Shown: positions 1 to 14,860 of the stretch, in pieces
Layout of the letters: each line of letters starts with the position of its first letter
How positions within the stretch are numbered: position 1 is the stretch's first letter
Source of the DNA: Eledone cirrhosa
Taxonomy: Eukaryota
Direction: 5' to 3'
Assembly (NCBI GenBank): GCA_964016885.1
Contig: OZ024766.1
Location: 1,984,001-2,048,000, forward strand
Length of the DNA: 64,000 nt
Program-made: the position numbers and the translations under genes
The notes under the pieces: generated by a model
Databases searched by the model: none
What the model saw: only the letters and a program-made list of their open reading frames with translations
Told to the model about the DNA's origin: nothing

Positions 1-2466
1 TAATTATAAATACGGAAAGTGTAGAGACAGAAGATAAATAAAACTTCAAATAATCATAATATCCGACATTGTTTTGAGAATAATAGTGTAAAATTGACAC
101 CGGTTTAGGGGTCCACGTAACCTTTGCCCTCTAAATATTTAATCATTAGTAATAAAAACACGAATTCCCTTCGTAGTAACCGACGGAGTGCCACACTCTC
201 TCTGTATTTATATATATATATGTTAAGTAGTTTGTGTTAAATAATTATATATATATATATAATATTATAAGAATAGGTTAAAATTTAAGTTAAGAATCGC
301 AGGTTTCACGCTTAACGTGATTCAATCATCAAATATAAAAAAGTCAGCTGAAACTTTTTTGCACCCATTTTTGCGATTAAGTAAAGACAGAGTTATCGTT
401 CTTGAGATTTCGGCTGAGAGAAATTTGGGGAACTGATGTCGCTAAATCGTCAAAGTATTTACCTCTACTGTTGCATCATGGGAGGGTAATGGCTGAATTT
501 TTTTTTTAACGACGGCAATTTTTTAAATTTCTTTCCCGCCATCTTGTTCCTTGTTTGATATTAATGAATAAATATCAAATAATTAACTAATTTATTGCAC
601 ACCTCTCTTTATTTTGAACATCAAGTCACCATGGGAACGAGAGGGCAAGGGTTACGTGGAACCCTAAACCGGTGTCAATTTTACACTATTATTCTCAAAA
701 CAATGTCAAATATTATGATTATTTTGAAGTTTTATTTATCTTCTGTCTCTACACTTTCCGTATTTATAATTAAATAAATAAATTTAAGGTTTTTAATACT
801 TTAAATATATAAAATTTACAGCAAGTTTTCTGGTAGCTTCGTTGGTAGGAGTAATGGGTATTTATTGTTTCGTAGCGAGGTGAGAGGTTCGATATCGAAC
901 TGCCGTAGTAGGAATAATTTACAATATATTTATATATATAGATGTGTATATATATATTAATTTATATATATAGATGTGTATATATATATACATACATATA
1001 TATATATATACATACATACATATATACTTACATACATACATATATATATATGTATTCGATATATATTTATCTTTATCGTTATCGAGACCTCTTTGGATTT
1101 TAGTCTTCACATTTATTATTACTATATGTATATAAATATATATATTCGTATATATATAAATATATATACATACATCTATATATATGGTGGCTGCCAACTC
1201 ATTTTCGAGTACGGCTACTACTTTATATCCATGTAGGAGAACCCCTAGCGATGCGCTGAACGAGTGTGACTTTTCAGTCCAGCCAGCGACTTGAAAACTC
1301 TGGTGCAAACAGTACACTTGTGACATTTATTGACACATAGTGCTGGGCCCATGGTACCATGTGACGACAAGTGCAGAGAGATCTCCAGATATAAAGCAAT
1401 GCCTGTGACGTGAAGCTTTTATATTGAGCAAAGGCACTGCACAAAGCCAGTCCCACTCTCTTAACCAAGATGATATTTACCAAAAAGAAGGACAAGTCAA
1501 CATCATTGGATACCATCAGGGTTGCAGGTGTTATATCAGAGTTTTCCTTCTCCTAGAATTCTGCCTTGACAAAGGCTAAGGGGTCATCTTTCCCGGATAT
1601 GTATATATATATACATACATACATATTCAATCATTAGTAATAAAAACACGAATTCCCTTCGTCGTAAACGACGGAGTGCCACACTCTCTCTGTATTTATA
1701 TCACGGCACAGGCATTGCTTTATATCTGGAGATCTCTCTGCACTTGTCGTCACATGGTACCATGGGCCCAGCACTATGTGTCAATAAATGTCACAAGTGT
1801 AGTGTTTGTACCAGAGTTTTCAAGTCGCTGGCTGGACTGAAAAATCACACTCGTTCAGCGCATCCGTAGGGGTTCTCCTACATGGATATAAAGTAGTGGC
1901 CGTACTCGAAAACGAGTTGGCAGCCACCATATATATATAGATGTATGTATATATATTTATATATATTCGAATATATATATTTATATACATATAGTAATAA
2001 TAAATGTGAAGACTAAAATCCAAAGAGGTCTCGATAAAGATAAATATATATCGAATACATATATATATATGTGTATGTATGTATGCATGTATATATGTAT
2101 ATACGTATGTATATATGTATGTATGTATATATATGTATATATATATATATATATATATACACATCTATATATATAAAATAAACACATTGTAAATTATTCC
2201 TACTACGGCAGTTCGATATCGAACCTCTCACCTCGCTACGAAACAATAAATACCCATTACTCCTACCAACGAAGCTACCAGAAAACTTGCTGTAAATTTA
2301 AAGTATTAAAAACCTTAAATTTATTTTTTTAATTATAAATACGGAAAGTGTAGAGACAGAAGATAAATAAAACTTCAAAATAATCATAATATCTGACATT
2401 GTTTTGAGAATAATAGTGTAAACAATTGACACCGGTTTAAGGGTTCCACGTAACCCTTGCCCTCTC

Positions 2467-2480
2467 GTTCCCATGGTGAC
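2467..2480. promoter_or_regulatory. RFX X-box motif (also at 625-638, 4508-4521, 6362-6375, 8372-8385)
   Basis: GTTCCCATGGTGAC; reverse complement GTCACCATGGGAAC matches the X-box consensus GTHNYY-AT-RRNAAC. It lies upstream of a motile-cilia gene. Confidence 0.6.
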
Positions 2481-2562
2481 TTGATGTTCAGATTAAAGAG
2501 AGGTGTGCAATAAATTAGTTAATTATTTGATATTTATTCATTAATATCAAACAAGGAACAAG

Positions 2563-2643
2563 ATGGCGGGAAAGAAATTAAAAAAATTGCCGTCGTTAAA
2601 AAAAAAAATTCAGCCATTACCCTCCCATGATGCAACAGTAGAG
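2563..2643 (+). CDS. Candidate first coding exon (MAGKKLKKLPSLKKKIQPLPSHDATVE), possibly of CCDC40
   Basis: caagATGGCG start 83 nt downstream of the X-box, 81-nt open frame, GAG|GTAAAT donor in phase 0. No homology support. Confidence 0.35.
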
Positions 2644-3644
2644 GTAAATACTTTGACTATTTAGCGACATCAGTTCCCCAAATTTCTCTCAGCCGAAATC
2701 TCAAGAACGATAACTCTGTCTTTACTTAATCGCAAAAATGGGTGCAAAAAAGTTTCAGCTGACTTTTTTATGTTTGATGATTGAATCACGTTAAGCGTGA
2801 AACCTGCGATTCTTAACTTAAATTTTAACCTGTTCTTATAATATATATATATATAATAATATATATATAGATATATATAATTATTTAATATAAATTACTT
2901 AACATATATAGAGAGTGTGGCACTCCGTCGGTTACGACGAAGGGAATTTGTGTTTTTATTATTAATGATTAAAATGTATGTATGTATATATACATACATA
3001 TCCAGGAGAGATGACCCCTTAGCCTTTGTCAAGGCTGAATTCTAGGAGAAGGAAAACTCTGATATAACACCTGCAGCCCTGATGGTATCCAATGATATTG
3101 ACTTGTTCTTTTTGGTAAATATCATCTTGGTTAAGAGAGTGGGACTGGCTTTGTGCAGTGCTCACTATAAAAGCTTCACAGCACAGGCATTGCTTTATAT
3201 CTGGAGATCTCTCTGCACTTGTCGTCACATGGTACCATGGGCCCAGCACTATGTGTCAATAATTTTCACAAGTGTAGTGTTTGTACCGGAGTTTTCAAGT
3301 CGCTGGCTGGACTAAAAAGTCACACTCGTTCAGCGCATCGGTAGGGCTTCTCCTACATGGATATAAAGTAGTGGCCGTACTCGAAAACGAGTTGGCAGCC
3401 ACCATATATATATAGATGTATGTATATATATTTATATATATATACGAATATATATATATATATAGTAATAATAAATGTGAAGACTAAAATCCAAAGAGGT
3501 CTCGATAACGATAAAGATAAATAAATATCGAATATATATCTGTGTATATATATATATGTATGTATGTATGTATATGTATGTATGTATATATATCTATGTA
3601 TATGTATGTATGTACGTATGTATGTATTTATATATGTATGTACA

Positions 3645-3689
<45 letters not shown>

Positions 3690-6600
3690 CTATATATATA
3701 AAATAAACACATTGTAAATTATTCCTACTACAGCAGTTCGATATCGAACCTCTCACCTCGTTACGAAACAATAAATACCCATTACTCCTACCAACGAAGC
3801 TACCAGAAAACTTGCTGTAAATTTTATATATTTAAAGTATTAAAAACCTTAAATTTATTTATTTAATTATAAATACGGAAAGTGTACAAATAAAACTTCA
3901 AAATAATCATAATATCTGACATTGTTTTGAGAATAATAGTGTAAAATTGACACCGGTTTAGGGGTTCCACGTAACCTTTGCCCTCTAAATATTTAATCAT
4001 TAGTAATAAAAACACGAATTCCCTTCGTAGTAACCGACGGAGTGCCACACTCTCTCTGTATTTATATATATATTGTTAAGTAGTTTGTGTTAAATAATTA
4101 TATATATATATATTATTATATATATATATTTATTATTATATATATATTATAAGAACAGGTTAAAATTTAAGTTAAGAATCGCTGCTTTCACGCTTAACGT
4201 GATTCAATCATCAAACATAAAAAAATCTGCTGAAACTTTTTTGCACCGATTTTTGCGATTAAGTAAAGACAGAGTTATCGTTCTTGAGATTTCGGCTGAG
4301 AGAAATTTGGGGAACTGATGTCGCTAAATAGTCAAAGTATTTACCTCTACTGTTGCATCATGGGAGGGTAATGGCTGAATTTTTTTTTTTAACGACGGCA
4401 ATTTTTTAAATTTCTTTCCCGCCATCTTGTTCCTTGTTTGTTATTAATGAATAAATATCAAATAATTAACTAATTTATTGCACACCTCTCTTTAATCTGA
4501 ACATCAAGTCACCATGGGAACGAGAGGGCAAGGGTTACGTGGACCCCTAAACCGGTGTCAATTGTTTACACTATTATTCTCAAAACAATGTCAGATATTA
4601 TGATTATTTTGAAGTTTTATTTATCTTCTGTCTCTACACTTTCCGTATTTATAATTAAATAAATAAATTTAAGGTTTTTAATACTTTAAATATATAAAAT
4701 TTACAGCAAGTTTTCTGGTAGCTTCGTTGGTAGGAGTAATGGGTATTTATTGTTTCGTAGCGAGGTGAGAGGTTCGATATCGAACTGCCGTAGTAGGAAT
4801 AATTTACAATATATTTATATATATAGATGTGTATATATATATTAATTTATATATATAGATGTGTATATATATATACATACATATATATATATATACATAC
4901 ATACATATATACTTACATACATACATATATATATATATGTATTCGATATATATTTATCTTTATCGTTATCGAGACCTCTTTGGATTTTAGTCTTCACATT
5001 TATTATTACTATATGTATATAAATATATATATTCGTATATATATAAATATATATACATACATCTATATATATGGTGGCTGCCAACTCATTTTCGAGTACG
5101 GCTACTACTTTATATCCATGTAGGAGAACCCCTAGCGATGCGCTGAACGAGTGTGACTTTTCAGTCCAGCCAGCGACTTGAAAACTCTGGTGCAAACAGT
5201 ACACTTGTGACATTTATTGACACATAGTGCTGGGCCCATGGTACCATGTGACGACAAGTGCAGAGAGATCTCCAGATATAAAGCAATGCCTGTGACGTGA
5301 AGCTTTTATATTGAGCAAAGGCACTGCACAAAGCCAGTCCCACTCTCTTAACCAAGATGATATTTACCAAAAGGAAGGACAAGTCAACATCATTGGATAC
5401 CATCAGGGTTGCAGGTGTTATATCAGAGTTTTCCTTCTCCTAGAATTCTGCCTTGACAAAGGCTAAGGGGTCATCTCTCCCGGATTTGTATATATATATA
5501 CATACATACATACATATTCAATCATTAGTAATAAAAACACGAATTCCCTTCGTCGTAACCGACGGAGTGCCACACTCTCTCTGTATTTATATCACGGCAC
5601 AGGCATTGCTTTATATCTGGAGATCTCTCTGCACTTGTCGTCACATGGTACCATGGGCCCAGCACTATGTGTCAATAATTGTCACAAGTGTAGTGTTTGT
5701 ACCAGAGTTTTCAAGTCGCTGGCTGGACTAAAAAGTCACACTCGTTCAGCACATCGGTAGGGGTTCTCCTACATGGATATAAAGTAGTGGCCGTACTCGA
5801 AAACGAGTTGGCAGCCACCATATATATAGATGTATGTATATATATTTATATATATACGAATATATATATTTATATACATATAGTAATAATAAATGTGAAG
5901 ACTAAAATCCAAAGAGGTCTCGATAACGATAAAGATAAATATATATCGAATACATATATATATATGTATGTATATATGTACGTATGTATATATATATATA
6001 TGTCTGTATATATGTATGTATATATATATATGTATATATATATATACACATCTATATATATAAAATAAACACATTGTAAATTATTCCTACTACGGCAGTT
6101 CGATATTGAACCTCTCACCTCGCTACGAAACAATAAATACCCATTACTCCTACCAACGAAGCTACCAGAAAACTTGCTGTAAATTTTATATATTTAAAGT
6201 ATTAAAAACCTTAAATTTATTTATTTAATTATAAATACGGAAAGTGTAGAGACAGAAGATAAATAAAACTTCAAAATAATCATAATATCTGACATTGTTT
6301 TGAGAATAATAGTGTAAACAATTGACACCGGTTTAGGGGTCCACGTAACCCTTGCCCTCTCGTTCCCATGGTGACTTGATGTTCAGATTAAAGAGAGGTG
6401 TGCAATAAATTAGTTAATTATTTGATATTTATTCATTAATAACAAACAAGGAACAAGATGGGGGGAAAGAAATTAAAAAAATTGCCGTCGTTAAAAAAAA
6501 AAATTCAGCCATTACCCCTCCCATGATGCAACAGTAGAGGTAAATACTTTGACGATTTAGCGACATCAGTTCCCCAAATTTCTCTCAGCCGAAATCTCAA

Positions 6601-8695
6601 GAACGATAACTCTGTCTTTACTTAATCGCAAAAATGGGTGCAAAAAAGTTTCAGCTGACTTTTTTATGTTTGATGATTGAATCACGTTAAGCGTGAAAGC
6701 AGCGATTCTTAACTTAAATTTTAACCTGTTCTTATAATATATATATAGATATATATAATTATTTAACATAAATTACTTAACATATATAGAGAGTGTGGCA
6801 CTCCGTCGGTTACGACGAAGGGAATTTGTGTTTTTATTACTAATGATTAAATATGTATGTATATACATATGTATGTATATATACATACATATCCGGGAGA
6901 GATGACCCCTTAGCCTTTGTCAAGGCAGAATTCAAGGAGAAGGAAAACTCTGATATAACACCTGCAACCCTGATGGTATCCAATGATGTTGACTTGTTCT
7001 TCGTTTTGGTAAATATCATCTTGGTTAAGAGAGTGGGACTGGCTTTGTGCAGTGCCTTTGCTCACTATAAAAGCTTCACGGCACAGGCATTGCTTTATAT
7101 CTGGAGATCTCTCTGCACTTGTCCTCACAAGGTACCATGGGCCCAGCACTATGTGTCAATAAATGTCACAAGTGTAGTGTCTGTACCAGAGTTTTCAAGT
7201 CGCTGGCTGGACTAAAATGTCACACTCGTTCAGCGCATCGGTAGGGGTTCACCTACATGGATATAAAGTAGTGACCGTACTCGAAAACGAGTTGGCAGCC
7301 ACCATATATATAGATGTATGTATATATATTTATATATATACGAATATATATATATATATAGTAATAATAAATGTGAAGACTAAAATCCAAAGAGGTCTCG
7401 ATAACGATAAAGATAAATAAATATCGAATATATATGTGTGTATATATATATGTATGTATGTATATATATATGTATGTATGTATATATATGTATGTATATG
7501 TATGTATGTATTTATATATGTATGTATGTACATATATGTATGCATATATATATATATATATATACACACCTCTATATATATAAAATAAACATTGTAAATT
7601 ATTCCTACTACAGCAGTTCGATATCGAACCTCTCACCTCGTTACGAAACAATAAATACCCATTACTCCTACCAACGAAGCTACCAGAAAACTTGCTGTAA
7701 ATTTTATATATTTAAAGTATTAAAAACCTTAAATTTATTTATTTAATTATAAATACGGAAAGTGTACAAATAAAACTTCAAAATAATCATAATATCTGAC
7801 ATTGTTTTGAGAATAATAGTGTAAAATTGACACCGGTTTAGGGGTTCCACGTAACCTTTGCCCTCTAAATATTTAATCATTAGTAATAAAAACACGAATT
7901 CCCTTCGTAGTAACCGACGGAGTGCCACACTCTCTCTGTATTTATATATATATATATGTTAAGTAGTTTGTGTTAAATAATTATATATATATATATTATT
8001 ACATATATATTATAAGAACAGGTTAAAATTTAAGTTAAGAATCGCTGCTTTCACGCTTAACGTGATTCAATCATCAAACATAAAAAAAGTCAGCTGAAAC
8101 TTTTTTGCACCCATTTTTGCGATTAAGTAAAGACAGAGTTATCGTTCTTGAGATTTCGGCTGAGAGAAATTTGGGGAACTGATGTCGCTAAATAGTCAAA
8201 GTATTTACCTCTACTGTTGCATCATGGGAGGGTAATGGCTGAATTTTTTTTTTTAACGACGGCAATTTTTTTAATTTCTTTCCCGCCATCTTGTTCCTTG
8301 TTTGTTATTAATGAATAAATATCAAATAATTAACTAATTTATTGCACACCTCTCTTTAATCTGAACATCAAGTCACCATGGGAACGAGAGGGCAAGGGTT
8401 ACGTGGACCCCTAAACCGGTGTCAATTGTTTACACTATTATTCTCAAAACAATGTCAGATATTATGATTATTTTGAAGTTTTATTTATCTTCTGTCTCTA
8501 CACTTTCCGTATTTATAATTAAATAAATAAATTTAAGGTTTTTAATACTTTAAATATATAAAATTTACAGCAAGTTTTCTGGTAGCTTCGTTGGTAGGAG
8601 TAATGGGTATTTATTGTTTCGTAGCGAGGTGAGAGGTTCGATATCGAACTGCCGTAGTAGGAATAATTTACAATGTGTTTATTTTATATATATAG

Positions 8696-8736
<41 letters not shown>

Positions 8737-9530
8737 CATACATATATATATACATATATATATACATGCGTACATACATACATATATATATATGTATTCG
8801 ATATATATTTATCTTTATCGTTATCGAGACCTCGTTGGATTTTAATCTTCACATTTATTATTACTATATGTATATAAATATATATATTCGTATATATATA
8901 AATATATATACATACATCTATATATATGGTGGCTGCCAACTCATTTTCGAGTACGGCCACTACTTTATATCCATGTAGGAGAACCCCTACCGATGCGCTG
9001 AACGAGTGTGAGTTTTCAGTCCAGCCAGCGACGTGAAAACTCTGGTGCAAACAGTACACTTCTGACAATTATTGACACATAGTGGTGGGCCCATGGTACC
9101 ATGTGACGACAAGTGCAGAGAGATCTCCAGATATAAAGCAATGCCTGTGCCGTGAAGCTTTTATAGTGAGCAAAGGCACTGCACAAAGCCAGTCCCACTC
9201 TCTTAACCAAGATGATATTTACCAAAAAGAAGGACAAGTCAACATCATTGGATACCATCAGGGTTGCAGGTGTTATATCAGAGTTTTCCTTCTCCTAGAA
9301 TTCTGCCTTGACAAAGGCTAAGGGGTCATCTCTCCCGGATATGTATGTATATATACATACATACATACATACATATTCAATCATTAGTAATAAAAACACG
9401 AATTCCCTTCGTCGTAACCGACGGAGTGCCATACTCTCTCTGTATTTATATCACGGCACAGGCATTGCTTTATATCTGGAGATCTCTCTGCACTTGTCGT
9501 CACATGGTACCATGGGCCCAGCACTATGTA

Positions 9531-9676
9531 ATGTCTCCCTCTATTGGGGGAAAATCGACTAACTTTTTAAATTGCATTTGTGATAACATTTTACACGTTT
9601 TTATTGTATGTAAACTTCCCCCTTTGTATTTGTCCCCTTGTTTTGTGCCCCTGTGGCTAATAAAGAAACGTATCTA

Positions 9677-9717
<41 letters not shown>

Positions 9718-9718
9718 G
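9531..9718 (+). mobile_element. 3' end of Tx1/L1-like LINE with (TATC)n tail
   Basis: Near-identical to 58424-58588; ends GTGGCTAATAAAGAA + (TATC)n. Confidence 0.75.
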
Positions 9719-9749
9719 TCTATTTATATATAAAATTATTTCACTTCAG

Positions 9750-9833
9750 CCCCGGATGGTAAAGTTCCAAAATTCCATGAAGAATTATCTCATGAAAATA
9801 TTGGAAAAGTCCATGCTGGAGCTGCAGCAAGTT
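9750..9833 (+). CDS. CCDC40: CCDC40 exon ([28 protein letters not shown])
   Basis: ttcag| acceptor, |gtaagt donor, 84 nt, phase 0-0. Confidence 0.9.
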
Positions 9834-10936
9834 GTAAGTACCGTCGCAGACCCAGCCTTACTCCCACCCCTCATTCTATAGAGATATAGAATATATATTA
9901 TATTTTGTTTATCTATCTATTACTAAAAGCCTGTGATTGCTAGCTTGCTTGTCTGTAATGTAATACAGCCAAAAGGGCACATAATGGGGAAATACTTTGC
10001 AAGGAAGTTGACCCTGAAATGGGAATACAAATGGAATAAAACAAGTTTCGCATAAATCGGAGCATGGGTTCCTGAGATATGGGGTTTTCTGGGTACCTTC
10101 ATAAACAGGGAGAGAGAGAGAGAAAGATAGAGAGGAAGAGAGAGTGGTTGTGAGAGACAGAGGTGGGGAATGGAAGAGAGAGAGAGAGAGAGCTGGTGGT
10201 GTTGTTGTGTATATATATATCACAGAAAAAAGGGAATCAGAGATGAAGAGAGAGTGGTTGTGAGAGACAGAGGTGGGGAATGGAAGAGAGAGAGAGAGAG
10301 AGAGAGCTGGTGGTGTTGTTGTGTGTATATATATCACAGAAAAAAGGGAATCAGAGATGAAGAGAGAGTGGTTGTGAGAGACAGGTGGGGAATGGAAGAG
10401 AGAGAGAGAGAGCTGGTGGTGTTGTTGTGTATATATATATCACAGAAAAAAGGGAATCAGAGATGAAGAGAGAGTGGTTGTGAGAGACAGAGGTGGGGAA
10501 TGGAAGAGAGAGAGAGAGAGAGAGAGAGCTGGTGGTGTTGTTGTGTGTATATATATCACAGAAAAAAGGGAATCAGAGATGAAGAGAGAGTGGTTGTGAG
10601 AGACAGAGGTGGGGAATGGAAGAGAGAGAGAGAGAGAGAGCTGGTGGTGTTGTTGTGTGTATATATATCACAGAAAAAAGGGAATCAGAGATGAAGAGAG
10701 AGTGGTTGTGAGAGACAGGTGGGGAATGGGAGAGAGAGAGCTAGTGGTGTTGTTGTGTATATATATATCACAGAAAAAAGGGAATCAGAGATGAAGAGAG
10801 AGTGGTTGTGAGAGACAGAGGTGGGGAATGGAAGAGAGAGAGAGAGAGAGCTGGTGGTGTTGTTGTGTGTATATATATCACAGAAAAAAGGGAATCAGAG
10901 ATGAAGAGAGAGTGGTTGTGAGAGACAGAGGTGGGG

Positions 10937-10968
<32 letters not shown>

Positions 10969-13900
10969 CTGGTGGTGTTGTTGTGTGTATATATATCACA
11001 GAAAAAAGGGAATCAGAGATGAAGAGAGAGTGGTTGTGAGAGACAGGTGGGGAATGGAAGAGAGAGAGAGAGAGCTGGTGGTGTTGTTGTGTATATATAT
11101 ATCACAGAAAAAAGGGAATCAGTGATGAAGAGAGAGTGGTTGTGAGATACAGAGGGAGAGAGAGACAGAGGTGGGGAATGGAAGAGAGAGAGAGAGAGAG
11201 CTGGTGGTGTTGTTGTGTGTGGAGAGGAGACAGAGGTGGGGAATGGAAGAGAGAGAGAGAGAGAGAGCTGGTGGTGGTGTTGTGTGTGGAGAGGAGACAG
11301 AGGTGGGGAATGGAAGAGAGAGAGAGAGAGAGCTGGTGGTGTTGTTGTGTGTGGAGAGGAGACAGAGGTGGGGAATGGAAGAGAGAGAGAGAGAGCTGGT
11401 GGTGTTGTTGTGTGTGGAGAGGAGACAGAGGTGGGGAATGGAAGAGAGAGAGAGAGCTGGTGGTGGTGTTGTGTGTGGAGAGGAGACAGAGGTGGGGAAT
11501 GGAAGAGAGAGAGAGAGAGAGCTGGTGGTGTTGTTGTGTGTGGAGAGGAGACAGAGGTGGGGAATGGAAGAGAGAGAGAGAGAGCTGGTGGTGGTGTTGT
11601 GTGTGGAGAGGAGACAGAGGTGGGGAATGGAAGAGAGAGAGAGAGAGCTGGTGGTTTTTTGTGTGTGGAGAGGAGACAGAGGTGGGGAATGGAAGAGAGA
11701 GAGAGAGAGAGAGAGCTGGTGGTGTTGTTGTGTGTGGAGAGGAGACAGAGGTGGGGAATGGAAGAGAGAGAGAGAGAGAGCTGGTGGTGTTGTTGTGTGT
11801 GGAGAGGAGACAGAGGTGGGGAATGGAAGAGAGAGAGAGAGAGAGCTGGTGGTGGTGTTGTGTGTGGAGAGGAGACAGAGGTGGGGAATGGAAAAGAGAG
11901 AGAGAGAGAGCTGGTGGTGGTGTTGTGTGTGGAGAGGAGACAGAGGTGGGGAATGGAAGAGAGAGAGAGAGAGAGCTGGTGGTGTTGTTGTGTGTGGAGA
12001 GGAGACAGAGGTGGGGAATGGAAGAGAGAGAGAGAGAGAGCTGGTGGTGGTGTTGTGTGTGGAGAGGAGACAGAGGTGGGGAATGGAAGAGAGAGAGAGA
12101 GAGAGCTGGTGGTTTTTTGTGTGTGGAGAGGAGACAGAGGTGGGGAATGGAAGAGAGAGAGAGAGAGAGCTGGTGGTGTTGTTGTGTGTGGAGAGGAGAC
12201 AGAGGTGGGGAATGGAAGAGAGAGAGAGAGAGAGCTGGTGGTGTTGTTGTGTGTGGAGAGGAGACAGAGGTGGGGAATGGAAGAGAGAGAGAGAGAGAGC
12301 TGGTGGTGGTGTTGTGTGTGGAGAGGTGACAGAGGTGGGGAATGGAAGAGAGAGAGAGAGAGAGAGAGCTGGTGGTGGTGTTGTGTGTGGAGAGGAGACA
12401 GAGGTGGGGAATGGAAGAGAGAGAGAGAGAGAGCTGGTGGTGTTGTTGTGTGTGGAGAGGAGACAGAGGTGGGGAATGGAAGAGAGAGAGAGAGAGAGCT
12501 GGTGGTGGTGTTGTGTGTGGAGAGGAGACAGAGGTGGGGAATGGAAGAGAGAGAGAGAGAGAGCTGGTGGTGGTGTTGTGTGTGGAGAGGAGACAGAGGT
12601 GGGGAATGGAAGAGAGAGAGAGAGAGAGAGCTGGTGGTGTTGTTGTGTGTGGAGAGGAGACAGAGGTGGGGAATGGAAGAGAGAGAGAGAGAGAGCTGGT
12701 GGTGGTGTTGTGTGTGGAGAGGAGACAGAGGTGGGGAATGGAAGAGAGAGAGAGAGAGAGCTGGTGGTGGTGTTGTGTGTGGAGAGGAGACAGAGGTGGG
12801 GAATGGAAGAGAGAGAGAGAGAGAGAGCTGGTGGTGGTGTTGTGTGTGTATATATCACAGAAAAAAGGGAATCAGAGATGAAGAGAGAGTGGTTGTGAGA
12901 GACAGAGGGAGAGAGAGACGGAGGTGGGGGAATGGAAGAGAGAGAGAGAGAGAGCTGGTGGTGTTGTTGTGTGTGGAGAGGAGACAGAGGTGGGGAATGG
13001 AAGAGAGAGAGAGAGAGAGCTGGTGGTGTTGTTGTGTGTGGAGAGGAGACAGAGGTGGGGAATGGAAGAGAGAGAGAGAGAGAGCTGGTGGTGGTGTTGT
13101 GTGTGGAGAGGAGACAGAGGTGGGGAATGGAAGAGAGAGAGAGAGAGAGCTGGTGGTGTTGTTGTGTGTGGAGAGGAGACAGAGGTGGGGAATGGAAGAG
13201 AGAGAGAGAGAGAGCTCGTGGTGTTGTTGTGTGTGGAGAGGAGACAGAGGTGGGGAATGGAAGAGAGAGAGAGAGAGAGAGCTGGTGGTGTTGTTGTGTG
13301 TGGAGAGGAGAGAGAGGTGGGGAATGGAAGAGAGAGCGAGAGAGAGAGAGCTGGTTGTGTTGTTGTGTGTGGAGAGGAGACAGAGGTGGGGAATGGAAGA
13401 GAGAATGAGAGAGAGAGCTGGTGGTGTTGTTGTGTGTGGAGAGGAGACAGAGGTGGGGAATGGAAGAGAGAGAGAGAGAGAGAGCTGGTGGTGTTGTTGT
13501 GTGTGTATATATCACAGAAAAAAGGGAATCAGAGATGAAGAGAGAGTGGTTGTGAGAGACAGAGGGAGAGAGAGACGGAGGTGGGGGAATGGAAGAGAGA
13601 GAGAGAGAGAGCTGGTGGTGTTGTTGTGTGTGGAGAGGAGACAGAGGTGGGGAATGGAAGAGAGAGAGAGAGAGAGAGCTGGTGGTGTTGTTGTGTGTGG
13701 AGAGGAGACAGAGGTGGGGAATGGAAGAGAGAGAGAGAGAGAGAGAGAGCTGGTGGTGTTGTTGTGTGTGGAGAGGAGACAGAGGTGGGGAATGGAAGAG
13801 AGAGAGAGAGAGAGAGAGCTGGTGGTGTTGTTGTGTGTGGAGAGGAGACAGAGGTGGGGAATGGAAGAGAGAGAGTGAGAGAGAGCTGGTGGTGTTGTTG

Positions 13901-13992
13901 TGTGTGGAGAGGAGACAGAGGTGGGGAATGGAAGAGAGAGAGAGAGAGAGAGCTGTGGTGGTGTTGTGTGTGGAGAGGAGACAGAGGTGGGG

Positions 13993-14024
<32 letters not shown>

Positions 14025-14355
14025 CTGGTGGTGGTGTTGTGTGTGGAGAGGAGACAGAGGTGGGGAATGGAAGAGAGAGAGAGAGGTGGGGAATGGAAGA
14101 GAGAGAGAGAGAGCTGGTGGTGTTGTTGTGTGTGGAGAGGAGACAGAGGTGGGGAATGGAAGAGAGAGAGAGAGAGAGCTGGTGGTGTTGTTGTGTGTGG
14201 AGAGGAGACAGAGGTGGGGAATGGAAGAGAGAGAGAGAGAGAGAGCTGGTGGTGTTGTTGTGTGTGGAGAGGAGACAGAGGTGGGGAATGGAAGAGAGAG
14301 AGAGGGAGAGAGAGCTGGTGGTGTTGTTGTGTGTGGAGAGGAGACAGAGGTGGGG

Positions 14356-14393
<38 letters not shown>

Positions 14394-14826
14394 GGTGGTG
14401 TTGTTGTGTGTGGAGAGGAGACAGAGGTGGGGAATGGAAGAGAGAGAGAGAGAGCTGGTGGTGTTGTTGTGTGTGGAGAGGAGACAGAGGTGGGGAATGG
14501 AAGAGAGAGAGAGAGAGAGCTGGTGGTGTTGTTGTGTGTGGAGAGGAGACAGAGGTGGGGAATGGAAGAGAGAGAGAGAGAGAGCTGGTGGTGGTGTTGT
14601 GTGTGGAGAGGAGACAGAGGTGGGGAATGGAAGAGAGAGAGAGAGAGAGAGAGCTGGTGGTGTTGTTGTGTGTGGAGAGGAGACAGAGGTGGGGAATGGA
14701 AGAGAGAGAGAGAGAGAGAGAGCTGGTGGTGTTGTTGTGTGTGGAGAGGAGACAGAGGTGGGGAATGGAAGAGAGAGAGAGAGAGCTGGTGGTGTTGTTG
14801 TGTGTGGAGAGGAGACAGAGGTGGGG

Positions 14827-14860
<34 letters not shown>

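Larger units (their letters stand above)
1..9528. repeat. Alternating direct/inverted amplification of a ~1.5-kb composite unit (higher-order period ~3.9 kb)
   Basis: The same blocks recur on both strands. The X-box lies at 625, 4508 and 8372 in one orientation and at 2467 and 6362 in the other. Fold-back junctions recur near 133, 1700, 3985, 5592, 7866 and 9451. Confidence 0.95.

Noticed and set aside
1274-1516. Recurrent 80-aa [11 protein letters not shown]... in the array and at 28380
   Set aside because: Part of a non-coding retroposon; recurs only because the DNA is duplicated and has no recognisable domain.
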